Shown here: piece after piece, positions 42,061 through 51,065 of the stretch | Position numbering within the stretch: the stretch's first letter is position 1 | How the letters are laid out: every line of letters starts with the position of its first letter | Assembly (NCBI GenBank): GCA_038279365.1 | Contig: JAYODI010000024.1 | Coordinates: 5,146 to 64,076 of the forward strand | DNA from: Candidatus Latescibacterota bacterium | GTDB taxonomy: Bacteria > Latescibacterota > UBA2968 | Direction of reading: 5' to 3' | DNA: 58,931 nucleotides | The notes under the pieces: model-generated | Database searches by the model: none | What the model saw: only the letters and a program-made list of their open reading frames with translations | Told to the model about the DNA's origin: nothing | Made by a program: the position numbers and the translations under genes

Positions 42061-42501
42061 TTACTCCGAGTCGTTTTGTGCGCGACGCAATTCTTGTAAG
42101 AGTTGTTCGCGGTTGGCACGAGATATTTCGCGTCCTTGGATAGACAAACCAGGTGTTTCGCGGGCAATTTGACGCAGACGATGAACCGATAGATCTTCTA
42201 AATTTTGTGAAGATGTCTGTAAATGGTTGCCATTGAGATTAAAAAGGCGCACCACATCTTCGTGTGGATTGGGTATGACGTGAGAAGCAACGAGGGTGCC
42301 TACTTGTTGTGCGGCCCGACTTCCTGCTTCAACGGCGGCCTGAACGGCTCCTACATCACCCAGCAAACGAATGGAAATCATACCCCCATCAATTTTTTCT
42401 ATGGCTGCTAATTCAACGGCTGCTGATTTTACGGCAGCATCGGCGGCTTCTGCGACTCCAACAAAACCGATCATTTCTATGAGCCCGAGTGCTGAATTCA
42501 T
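42061..42501 (-). CDS. BMC-H shell protein with a C-terminal helical extension
   Basis: ALGLIEMIG, EAADAAVKSA, GDVGAVQAAVEAG and HVIPNPH, followed by a ~50-aa tail. Confidence 0.9.
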   Translation of the reverse strand: MNSALGLIEMIGFVGVAEAADAAVKSAAVELAAIEKIDGGMISIRLLGDVGAVQAAVEAGSRAAQQVGTLVASHVIPNPHEDVVRLFNLNGNHLQTSSQNLEDLSVHRLRQIARETPGLSIQGREISRANREQLLQELRRAQNDSE

Positions 42502-42838
42502 AGTATCCAATGGGCAAAAGGAAAGCGGTGATCTTTAAAACCCCATGGTTTTTAGATCAACCGCTTATGTCAATAAGTGTTTGGTTCTGTATGCATCAAT
42601 TGTGTAGAACAAGCATTTTGCATATGTGTGTTCATTGCAGGCTGTGCCGATCTACTCGAAAGTCTTGTGAAATGGAAACCTTATGGCATTCAAAAATAAC
42701 AAAAACAAGGTTCGCTGTCACGTTTTTTTTTATATCGAAAAGCATACCTAATGAATCATATATACATGGTTTTAAAGGATTTAATACATGACGCCTCATA
42801 AAGGCACATGATTCATATTTTGTATACTTTAATTGTTC

Positions 42839-44281
42839 TTATTCTAAAAAAGCACGTGTCCAGTGAAAGCGACTGAGGCCCCCTGCGGTGCCAAACCAGA
42901 TGTGATCCTGATCTTGTAAAACTGCTTGTACACGGCCATGGATGAGACCATCGATGGTGTGGTAACGCGTCCATAGATGGCGAGAAATATCGAGCAGAAA
43001 GGCCCCCTGATCAGTTGATACCCACGCATATTTGTCGTTGGCAACAATATTGATGTGGCGGCTTCCTCCAATGTCTGCTAAGGCATATTCTTGCCATGTG
43101 TTATGGCCGATATGATAGCTGAGCAAGGAAGATGGACTTTCTGTTGCGACCCAAAGGGTGCTGTCATGTATGGCTAATGCGCGAATTGGGCGTTTGGTAA
43201 AATTTTGTTCATCGGAAACTGCGCGCCATGTTTTGCTGCCACGTGCACATTTGTATAAACCCACTTCTGTGCCTGCCCAAACTGTGGTTGGCCCCGTGGT
43301 CAGGGCATAAATGGTGGCTTGTTCACTGCCAGAAACCCGGTCGAGTGAGTCATTTCGTGTATTCAAAAGAGCCAACCCGCGCTCTGAACCTATCCATAGG
43401 TTGTGTTTGTCTTTTGTTAAGGCGTAAACTTTTCCCCAATATTCTGTGTCGCGGTATGTGAGCCATCGTTTGGAAGGTTTGTTGTATCGCATCAGGCCAG
43501 CATGGGTTCCAAACCAAACGGTGGTACTGTCTGGTAAAATGGTCATGATTTGAGCATTTTCAAGGCCGATGGTGTTTTTGGCCTCAAAATATTCCCATTC
43601 TTGGGTTTTGCGATGATAGCGTGAAATACCCCGCGCTGGTGATAGATATGTGTCTTCTCCCCCCATCCAAATGGTGTTGCCATCTGTTGCCAAGGCTGTG
43701 ACGTTTTCTTCGATGGGGCCGTAGGTGTTAAAATGCAGTTGACTGTCATTTAGGTTTGCCATGCCTACCCCAAGCCCCCAGGTGGCGATCCAGAGGTTTT
43801 TCCAACTGTCTATAAGGGTTTGGGTAATGGCAAAGTTTTGGCGTGGTCCAATGATGCGGTTTTGGTCTAAATAATAACCAAAAGGGGGCACAATGGATGA
43901 CAGGCGAAACTGCGTGTGGGGTTGAGCGGGCTGATAGGGTGCGGCCCCACCTTGTAAAATTGTTTGTAGCCCTTCTAACCAGCGCCCATTGCCAGCGGGG
44001 GTATCAAACCACAACTCTCTTGAATGGGGATCAAATATGATGCGTTGTACTTGATTATGGGGCAACCCATCGAGTTGGGTAAGTGGAGGGAGCCATTTTT
44101 GAGCAAAACGGTCATAGCGCCGGATACCTCCTGTTGTGGCCACATAAATGACTTCGTTGCTTTCGGCTAAGCCTGTCACATAGTTCATGCTTGGATAGTT
44201 GGTCCAAAGATCACGATCATAACCGGGCACGGCGGTTTGTGTGAAAAGGCAAATAGCAACTGTGACTGCGAGTCTAAACAT
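42839..44281 (-). CDS. Secreted beta-propeller protein (two-component regulator propeller-like)
   Basis: Signal peptide and repeated W.AT..GL and DGL motifs. Confidence 0.75.
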   Translation of the reverse strand: MFRLAVTVAICLFTQTAVPGYDRDLWTNYPSMNYVTGLAESNEVIYVATTGGIRRYDRFAQKWLPPLTQLDGLPHNQVQRIIFDPHSRELWFDTPAGNGRWLEGLQTILQGGAAPYQPAQPHTQFRLSSIVPPFGYYLDQNRIIGPRQNFAITQTLIDSWKNLWIATWGLGVGMANLNDSQLHFNTYGPIEENVTALATDGNTIWMGGEDTYLSPARGISRYHRKTQEWEYFEAKNTIGLENAQIMTILPDSTTVWFGTHAGLMRYNKPSKRWLTYRDTEYWGKVYALTKDKHNLWIGSERGLALLNTRNDSLDRVSGSEQATIYALTTGPTTVWAGTEVGLYKCARGSKTWRAVSDEQNFTKRPIRALAIHDSTLWVATESPSSLLSYHIGHNTWQEYALADIGGSRHINIVANDKYAWVSTDQGAFLLDISRHLWTRYHTIDGLIHGRVQAVLQDQDHIWFGTAGGLSRFHWTRAFLE

Positions 44282-44322
44282 ATAAAACTCATTATAAAAA
44301 AGATGCTCGTCTTAAAGCAAAG

Positions 44323-45516
44323 TTACTGGTTTTTGAGATACTCAACGGTTGCTTGTGCAACAATGCGTTCTTCATCGGTTTTGATGATCAGTATTTTGAC
44401 CGAACTTGCTGGGCGGGAAATGAGGCCTTCTTCGGGTGCATTTTCGTTTAGAGAGGGATCAATGTCCACACCTAAAAAACCAAGCCCTTCACAAATGCGT
44501 TTGCGTACACCAGCGCCTCTTTCTCCGATGCCTCCTGCAAATGCAATGGCATCGAGCCCACCCATGGCGGCGGTAAAAGCACCGATTTCTTTTTTGATGC
44601 CATAACAAAAAGCGTCTAAGGCGAGTCTTGCTCGGTCATGGCCTTGTTCGATTGCCATTTCGAGGTCGCGCACATCACCACTGATGCCTGAAATGCCCAA
44701 CAACCCGCCGTTGGTGGATAAGATGTGGCGAATGTCTTGGGTGCTGAGGTTTTCACGATCCATCATAAATGGAATGATGAATGGGTCTAGGGAGCCGTTG
44801 CGTGTGCTGTTGAGCAACCCTTCTTGTGGTGAAAACCCCATTGTGGTGTCGATGGACTGACCATTTTGGATGGCACACATAGATGCGCTTCCGCCCAAAT
44901 GACAGGAAATGATGCGTAAGTTTTTAGGATCACGATGAAGCAGTTGGGGCACTCTTTGGGCAACATAACGATGGGATGCGCCATGAAAGCCGTATTTGCG
45001 AATGCCATATTTTTCGTACCATTCGTAAGGTATGCCGTAGATGTAGGCATAGTCGGGTATGGTGGTGTGAAATGCTGGTTCAAATAGGCCGATGAGGGGA
45101 AGGTTGGGATAAAGCTTTGCAAAGATGCGAATGGCTTGAATGTAGGGTGGGTTGTGTGCGGGGGCCAAATCGTTGTAGTCGGCCATGCGTTGGAGTATGT
45201 CTTCTGTGAGGCGGTATGTGCCCGATTGACCACGCATGTGAACCGTTTTAAAACCGACGGCACTGAGTTCCGACAGGTCAGATAGCACCCCTGTTTGGGG
45301 ATCGGTAAGGCGCGTGATCACATCGCGAATGGCAGAGGGATAATCGGGTAGTGCTTGGTTTGATACATATTGATGCGGGCCAATATGGTGGGTTACAGGA
45401 GATTGCACATCGCCAATGCGTTCCAAGCGACCTTCGGCAAGCACAGATGCATTGCCCATGTCGAACAGGCGATATTTAAAGGATGTAGAACCGACGTTTG
45501 CGACAAGGATTTTCAT
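44323..45516 (-). CDS. ackA: Acetate/propionate kinase
   Basis: ANVGSTSFK, LAPAHNP, YGFHGASH, HLGGSAS and FAGGIGE. Confidence 0.93.
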   Translation of the reverse strand: MKILVANVGSTSFKYRLFDMGNASVLAEGRLERIGDVQSPVTHHIGPHQYVSNQALPDYPSAIRDVITRLTDPQTGVLSDLSELSAVGFKTVHMRGQSGTYRLTEDILQRMADYNDLAPAHNPPYIQAIRIFAKLYPNLPLIGLFEPAFHTTIPDYAYIYGIPYEWYEKYGIRKYGFHGASHRYVAQRVPQLLHRDPKNLRIISCHLGGSASMCAIQNGQSIDTTMGFSPQEGLLNSTRNGSLDPFIIPFMMDRENLSTQDIRHILSTNGGLLGISGISGDVRDLEMAIEQGHDRARLALDAFCYGIKKEIGAFTAAMGGLDAIAFAGGIGERGAGVRKRICEGLGFLGVDIDPSLNENAPEEGLISRPASSVKILIIKTDEERIVAQATVEYLKNQ

Positions 45517-45593
45517 GAATGGCTCTGTTTGTTGAGTTTAACGGTATGGGTGAACATAATAAAACATGATTGAAGTTTTTGGTTGATGTCAAT

Positions 45594-45629
45594 AAAAAAG
45601 GGAGGCCGTTTTTTCCGGTCTCCCTTTTT
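45594..45629. terminator. Terminator between hicB and ackA
   Basis: aaaaaagggaggccg/cggtctcccttttt. Confidence 0.7.
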
Positions 45630-45646
45630 GTGGTTATTGGTTGTGT

Positions 45647-45868
45647 TTACAAAACTTCTTGCATGGGACGAATGCGCGGTTTGGGTAAGCGTCGTCCCTC
45701 CGATTCAAAATGATGGAGGACATCTGTAATTACTTCGCACAAATCATGATAAACTTGAATGGGATTGTCGCCATGAATACCAGTGATTAAGTCTGGGCAT
45801 TTGCCTATATATGCCTGATCTTCCTCACTCCATTCGACCCATTTGTGATACTGGTCAATTGGCTTCAT
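45647..45868 (-). CDS. HicB-like antitoxin
   Basis: Y...VEWSEEDQAYIGKCPDL..G.HG...LPKP pattern. Confidence 0.75.
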   Translation of the reverse strand: MKPIDQYHKWVEWSEEDQAYIGKCPDLITGIHGDNPIQVYHDLCEVITDVLHHFESEGRRLPKPRIRPMQEVL

Positions 45869-46001
45869 TTTTAATTTCCTCAATTGCTCTTTGAACCTGT
45901 TTTTCTTGGTAGGGTTTGGCATCACTGCCTAATTGCCCGCTTAAGGTTACAGCACCAGAATTTTTTAGATCTTGTATCAGTTCTCGTAACTTTCGAGGCA
46001 T
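45855..46001 (-). pseudogene. HicA-like toxin with an in-frame internal deletion (48 aa)
   Basis: MPRKLRELIQDLKNSGAVTLSGQLGSDAKPYQEKQVQRAIEEIKNEAN*. The GxGSH...HP core is absent. TAATG overlap with the aldolase stop. Confidence 0.65.
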
Positions 46002-46819
46002 TATTTTTTCAATTCGGCTAAAACCCGACGGGTGATTTCTGCGACCAAGTCGTCTGTGGATTGGCTGGGGGATGATGTACTTGATCCGCCAGCACTTTTG
46101 GTGCGCAAAGTTGGAATGCCCCCGTTTGTGGCTGGCGTGGTGCGTGGGGCATCGGGTATGTCACAAGCAGGTTCGGGGCCTCGAAGACCCATGCGGTCGC
46201 GAATGGCGATGAGTTTGGAAACCTGTTCGCTGTTGAGTTCGTTAAAACCGCCGAGTTGTTTGGCCACAAAGAGAATTTTGGCAAAGTGTTCCATGGTTTC
46301 CATTTTGTAATAGGCATTCATCACATCGGTGCCAATGGTGGTGGCGCCATGGTTTTCGAGCAAATAGGCATCATAATCTTTAACGTATTGTTTGATGGGT
46401 TCTGAAATTTCTGGGCCGCCGGGTGTGCCATATCCCACAATGGGAATGGAGCCTAAGGTGATGATTACTTCGGGTAAAACACAGGCCGATAGTGGAATGC
46501 CTGCAACGGCAAAACCAGTTGCAGTGGGTGGGTGGGCGTGAACAACCGCACGCATATCGGGGCGTTCTCGGTAGAGGAAGATGTGCATGCCTATTTCGGA
46601 GGAAGGGCGTTTTTGACCACTGACGAGCTTGCCATCCATATCGACAATGCAAAGGTCTTCTATTTTGAGAAATCCTTTGGACATGCCTGTGGGCGTGGTC
46701 AATATGCGGTCTTCTTCAAACCGGCAAGAAATGTTGCCGTCGTTGGAGGCCACGTAACCTTGGTTGAAAACGCGACGTCCTGCTTCAACGATGTCAATTT
46801 TGGCTTGATGGAGGTTCAT
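46001..46819 (-). CDS. Class II aldolase (FucA-like) with a C-terminal encapsulation peptide
   Basis: NDGNIS, PSSE..MH, VVHAHPP and LLENHGA. Tail DDLVAEITRRVLAEL. Confidence 0.92.
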   Translation of the reverse strand: MNLHQAKIDIVEAGRRVFNQGYVASNDGNISCRFEEDRILTTPTGMSKGFLKIEDLCIVDMDGKLVSGQKRPSSEIGMHIFLYRERPDMRAVVHAHPPTATGFAVAGIPLSACVLPEVIITLGSIPIVGYGTPGGPEISEPIKQYVKDYDAYLLENHGATTIGTDVMNAYYKMETMEHFAKILFVAKQLGGFNELNSEQVSKLIAIRDRMGLRGPEPACDIPDAPRTTPATNGGIPTLRTKSAGGSSTSSPSQSTDDLVAEITRRVLAELKK

Positions 46820-46862
46820 GGGCAGGCCTTTGAAGTAAAATTAAAAATGCAAAATTAAAAAA

Positions 46863-47159
46863 TCATATCGGTTTGGGATGAGCAATTGGGGTGGTGATAT
46901 CTATGTGATCGACGACGCCCACAATGACAGAGCGCACCGCAGGCAATTTGACATTGAGTACAAGTGCGGCAGCAGCACCTTGGCGCAAAACGAGTACGGT
47001 TTCACCTTTGCCTACGCCGACCGAATCGACTGCCACTGCAGATGGCCCATCATCATCACCATTGGGTGTGATGGGTTGCACAATCATCAGTTTTGTTTTG
47101 TTGTAATCGGAGTGCTTGATGGTGGAGACGATGCTACCCAGCACGCGTGCTAAGAACAT
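46863..47159 (-). CDS. BMC-P vertex protein (EutN/CcmL)
   Basis: MFLARVLGSIVSTIK and AVDSVGVGKGE. Confidence 0.9.
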   Translation of the reverse strand: MFLARVLGSIVSTIKHSDYNKTKLMIVQPITPNGDDDGPSAVAVDSVGVGKGETVLVLRQGAAAALVLNVKLPAVRSVIVGVVDHIDITTPIAHPKPI

Positions 47160-47219
47160 GATTAAGGGCTTTCATCGGTCGGCTTTCAGCGGTCAGCTAC
47201 AGCCACATGAAAGCAATTT

Positions 47220-47483
47220 TTAGAGATCGATGCGGTCGGCAATGCCGACAACGGCGGCATCTATGGGGCCATATTTGTTGGGTAAGGCATTGGGTGCTTC
47301 GCGTGAACCGACCCAATAGACGGTTTCGCCGTCGCTGGCATTGACCACATCCACTGCAACAAATGGATCACCTGCATTGTTGCAGTGGTGGTCTAAAGGC
47401 TCTACAACAAGGAGGCGAATGCCTGTGAGCGATGGGTCTTTGCGGGTTGCCCAAATTTTGCCAATGACACGTCCGAGGAACAT
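47220..47483 (-). CDS. BMC-P vertex protein (EutN/CcmL)
   Basis: MFLGRVIGKIWATRK and PIDAAVVGIAD. Confidence 0.9.
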   Translation of the reverse strand: MFLGRVIGKIWATRKDPSLTGIRLLVVEPLDHHCNNAGDPFVAVDVVNASDGETVYWVGSREAPNALPNKYGPIDAAVVGIADRIDL

Positions 47484-47500
47484 TTAGAACACCTTTTTGA

Positions 47501-47532
47501 CAAAAGGCAAAAGGCAAAAGGCAAAAGGCAAA
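47501..47532. repeat. Heptamer tandem repeat (CAAAAGG)x4
   Basis: caaaagg at 47501, 47508, 47515 and 47522. Confidence 0.9.
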
Positions 47533-47539
47533 CGCATCA

Positions 47540-48982
47540 TCATACAATCCGGAAATAGTCGATGAGGGCGCATCGGCGTTGACGGGTGAAGGTGCGAGCA
47601 GATGTACAGCCTTCGCCAGTGGGTGTGGCAATGGAGAAAGATGTGTAGCCCTCTCCGCCTGCGCCCAACCCTGCAGATGATGGGCCATTTTTGACAAAGA
47701 TGGTACATCGGCATAAACGTGCCATTTTGGTCATGTATTCGACATTTTTGGAGTGCATAATGGCGGTGTGGTGATACCCTTGTTCGGCCTGCACGCCCCA
47801 TTCTATGGCGGTGTGTACATCGGGTGTGCGCACAATGGGTAAAAATGGCATCATTTGCTCGTGTTGTACAAAATCGTGACTGGCTTCGACTTCGCCAATA
47901 AGCAGTTCGGTATCGGGTGCAATGTTGAGGCCTATTTGAGCGGCTAAGACGTGTGGGTTGCGACCGACAAGTTCCCGATTGATGGACCAATCGCCCTTGG
48001 CATCGCGAGGGAAGGCCACTTTGGCAAGGGCATCTATTTGGGCACGGTCGAGTTCGACACATTTATTGGACAACAAATTGCGCTTGAGTTCATCGGCGAC
48101 TGACTGGACAACAAAGACTTCTTTTTCGCCGATACATAAAATATTGTTGTCAAATGCTGCGCCTGCTACAATGCTTTTGGCCGCATTTTGAATATCGGCG
48201 GTTTCATCGACCACAACGGGTGGGTTTCCTGGGCCGGCGGCAATGACGCGTTTGGGGGCTTGCATAGCGGCCTTGACCACACCGCCACCTCCTGTCACCA
48301 AAATGAGCGATACTTGGGGGTGTACAAAAAGTGCTTGAGCCGTTTGAATGCTGGGTTCGCGTACTGCGGTGAGCAGATTGGGTGGCCCTCCGGCACCTAC
48401 AATGGCGCGGTTGAGCATTTGCAAACCAATGGCCGAAATGTTTTTTGCACCCGGATGTGGCGCAAAAACGGCGCTGTTCCCTCCTGCGATAAAACTGATG
48501 GCATTGTTGACCATGGTGGGCACGGGATGTGTGGAGGGTGTGACCGCGCCAATAACACCAAAGGGTGCCATTTCAACAACGGTGAGACCATGATCTCCTG
48601 TCCAGGCCACAGGTTGGAGGTCTTCCACACCGGGGGTATGCTGCACGACCACTTCAAATTTGCGGATTTTGTGGGCAACACGCCCCATTCCTGTTTCTTC
48701 AAGGGTTTTTTGTGCAATGCCCTTGGCATGGGCCATTGCTTCGGTGCGAATGGCAGAAATAATGGCTCGACGCTGTTCTAAAGATAGTGCTTCTAAGGCC
48801 CGTTGTGCTTCAGACGCAGCTTGAACGGCATCTTCGAGTGTGTCAAAAAGGCCATGATCTCCTTTGCCCTCATAGCGGGCAGGTGGTGAAATGAGGGCCG
48901 GTGCCGTGTTGTTTTGGTCGGCAACAATGCTTCTGACCACTTGCTCTACGACGGACTGGATTTGGGCTTTGTCGAGATTCAT
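47540..48982 (-). CDS. CoA-acylating aldehyde dehydrogenase (PduP/EutE-like) with an N-terminal encapsulation peptide
   Basis: AGPGNPP, FDNNILCIGEKE, EQMMP and TPTGEG. N-terminus IQSVVEQVVRSI. Confidence 0.93.
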   Translation of the reverse strand: MNLDKAQIQSVVEQVVRSIVADQNNTAPALISPPARYEGKGDHGLFDTLEDAVQAASEAQRALEALSLEQRRAIISAIRTEAMAHAKGIAQKTLEETGMGRVAHKIRKFEVVVQHTPGVEDLQPVAWTGDHGLTVVEMAPFGVIGAVTPSTHPVPTMVNNAISFIAGGNSAVFAPHPGAKNISAIGLQMLNRAIVGAGGPPNLLTAVREPSIQTAQALFVHPQVSLILVTGGGGVVKAAMQAPKRVIAAGPGNPPVVVDETADIQNAAKSIVAGAAFDNNILCIGEKEVFVVQSVADELKRNLLSNKCVELDRAQIDALAKVAFPRDAKGDWSINRELVGRNPHVLAAQIGLNIAPDTELLIGEVEASHDFVQHEQMMPFLPIVRTPDVHTAIEWGVQAEQGYHHTAIMHSKNVEYMTKMARLCRCTIFVKNGPSSAGLGAGGEGYTSFSIATPTGEGCTSARTFTRQRRCALIDYFRIV

Positions 48983-49118
48983 AGAAAATTTTAAGACGGA
49001 AGACACGCTGGCAAACAAAGGTCATGCCCTCTTAATGCGAGGGCGATGGTGTTGCTTGTGTCTCTCGGTTTGGAAAAAAGTGAACATGGGTCGTATATGC
49101 ATTGGCGAACCTGTATAT

Positions 49119-49418
49119 TTAGGTATCGCTTTTTTTATATACGGCTTTGCCTTCGATTTCGGCGGTGTCGATAATGGCAACAATAACCGCATCGACTGGA
49201 CGGTTTTCGGTGGTGCTGGTCATACGCGCAGAACTGCCACTGCAACAGAGCACCACTTCGCCATCTCCTGCGCCAACGGCATCTATGGCCACCACAAAGC
49301 TTTGTTTGGGTTGCATAGATGGCAGGTCTAAGGTTTGTACGATCTGGAGCTTGTATCCGGCCAGACCTTGATCTTTTTGGGTGGCTACAACCGTACCCAC
49401 CACTTTGCCCAATGTCAT
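49119..49418 (-). CDS. BMC-P vertex protein (EutN/CcmL)
   Basis: GKVVGTVVATQK, AIDAVGAGDGE, GSSAR and PVDAVIVAIID. Confidence 0.92.
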   Translation of the reverse strand: MTLGKVVGTVVATQKDQGLAGYKLQIVQTLDLPSMQPKQSFVVAIDAVGAGDGEVVLCCSGSSARMTSTTENRPVDAVIVAIIDTAEIEGKAVYKKSDT

Positions 49419-49434
49419 ATGATTTTAAATGGGT

Positions 49435-49716
49435 TTAGGATGATTTGCCAATGGGCAGTACATCTTCGAGGCTGTTGTGTGGGCGTGGAATGACATGTAC
49501 GGATACGAGTTCACCCACCTTGCCAGCAGCGGCAGCACCGGCTTCGGTGGCGGCTTTAACGGCGGCTACATCGCCACGAACAACAGCGGTGACATACCCG
49601 GCACCAATTTTTTCCCAACTGACAAATTGGACATTGGCCGCTTTGACCATGGCATCGGCTGCTTCAATCATGGCCACGAGGCCTTTTGTTTCGATTAATC
49701 CGAGGGCTTCACCCAT
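49435..49716 (-). CDS. BMC-H shell protein (PduA/EutM-like)
   Basis: [29 protein letters not shown] and HVIPRPH. Confidence 0.95.
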   Translation of the reverse strand: MGEALGLIETKGLVAMIEAADAMVKAANVQFVSWEKIGAGYVTAVVRGDVAAVKAATEAGAAAAGKVGELVSVHVIPRPHNSLEDVLPIGKSS

Positions 49717-49786
49717 CTTTACTTCCTCCTAAAGTTAAAAACACGAATTGACAAATTGACAATTCGACGCATCACGAATCTGTGGT

Positions 49787-50068
49787 TCAGGTTGATTTGT
49801 TAAATATGATTCTGTCTACTTCGGGGTCTAAATTGGGGATAATATGAACCGCAATTATTTTTTCACCCACACGCTCGGCAGCGGCTTGGCCTGCTTCTAT
49901 GGCGGCGGTTACGGCTCCGACATCGCCGCGCACAATGGTGGTGGTGTATCCATTGCCAATGGTTTCATACTTTTCTATGGTCACGGCAGCGGTTTTGGTC
50001 ATGGCATCGGCGGCTTCGGTGGTGCCGATAAAACCGAGTGTTTCGATCATTCCAATAGCGGATGGCAT
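49787..50068 (-). CDS. BMC-H shell protein
   Basis: AIGMIETLG, EAADAMTKTA, RGDVGAV and HIIP. Confidence 0.92.
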   Translation of the reverse strand: MPSAIGMIETLGFIGTTEAADAMTKTAAVTIEKYETIGNGYTTTIVRGDVGAVTAAIEAGQAAAERVGEKIIAVHIIPNLDPEVDRIIFNKST

Positions 50069-50134
50069 ATAAGAACTCAGTTGATGGTAGGGTATATGTG
50101 TCTTGTGTCTTTTGGTCTAAGACTCAAGATGAAT

Positions 50135-50833
50135 TTACTTTAAGATGTAGGCGGTGTTGCCACAGGTGAGGTCTGCGGCATTGGCATCATCTGTGTCGAG
50201 ATGGATTTCGGGTAAATAACTGGCGTCTATCTTGAGGCGCACATTTTCGTAAATGAGACCTTTTTCACCGCCCACACGCACCCGGAGTGATTCTTGACCA
50301 CTGAGACCCATTTCGGTGACATCGGATGGGCGCAAGTGAATGTGTCTGGCTGCGCGTATGGCTCCATTGACGGTGACGGATCCTTTGGGACCAATAAACG
50401 TGACTTGGGATGCACCTTCCAAATCGCCCGAATCGCGCATGGGTGGGTCTACACCAAGATAAATGGCGTCGGTACGGGCCAATTCGACTTGGTTGTAATC
50501 GCGACAGGGGCCTAAAATGCGTACGCGCTCGATGGCCCGCAAACGAGGCCCAACCACAGAAATGAGTTCTTCAGCAGCAAATGCACCAGGTTGGTAAAGT
50601 TCGCGATAGGGTGTGAGGGCATAGCCTTTGCCAAAGAGTATTTCGAGAGCTTCTTGGCTCACGTGTGCATGGCGAGCCGATACACCCACTGGAATGGGAA
50701 TTTCATGGCCATTTTGCCCACGAACGCGACGTACAATTTCTTGCACAATGGGATCGAGATCATCGCCACAGTGACCGTTTGGACAAAGGCCACAATCGGT
50801 GCATGCCGAAGTTGTTTTAAGAATGGGAAGCAT
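50135..50833 (-). CDS. pduL: PduL-type phosphotransacylase
   Basis: GVSARHAH, QVELARTDA, RHIHL and HLDTDDANAA. Confidence 0.92.
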   Translation of the reverse strand: MLPILKTTSACTDCGLCPNGHCGDDLDPIVQEIVRRVRGQNGHEIPIPVGVSARHAHVSQEALEILFGKGYALTPYRELYQPGAFAAEELISVVGPRLRAIERVRILGPCRDYNQVELARTDAIYLGVDPPMRDSGDLEGASQVTFIGPKGSVTVNGAIRAARHIHLRPSDVTEMGLSGQESLRVRVGGEKGLIYENVRLKIDASYLPEIHLDTDDANAADLTCGNTAYILK

Positions 50834-50933
50834 AGAAGCCCTGATCAAATATACCCAAAGAGATTCTCAGTTGGGTCTCAATATATTTAAGATTGACAAA
50901 AATGGGCATTCACTAAGGGGTGTTAAGGAGCGA

Positions 50934-50962
50934 AAAATAGCCGATTGTATGCGGTAAGTCAA
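50934..50962 (-). promoter_or_regulatory. Candidate sigma70 promoter of the BMC operon
   Basis: Minus strand TTGACT-17 nt-TATTTT. Confidence 0.45.
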
Positions 50963-51065
50963 GGTTTTTCAAGGTGGGGCGTACGTGGCGAAAAATGCTA
51001 TGCAGCTTGACATACGGAGAGGTTTCAAGCAAATTCAGGAGGTTTGTCCAATTTCTTGTTTTTGA

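Noticed and set aside
42522-42566. Inverted repeat upstream of the satellite BMC-H as a riboswitch
   Set aside because: A single hairpin with no recognisable aptamer, which could be an ordinary terminator.
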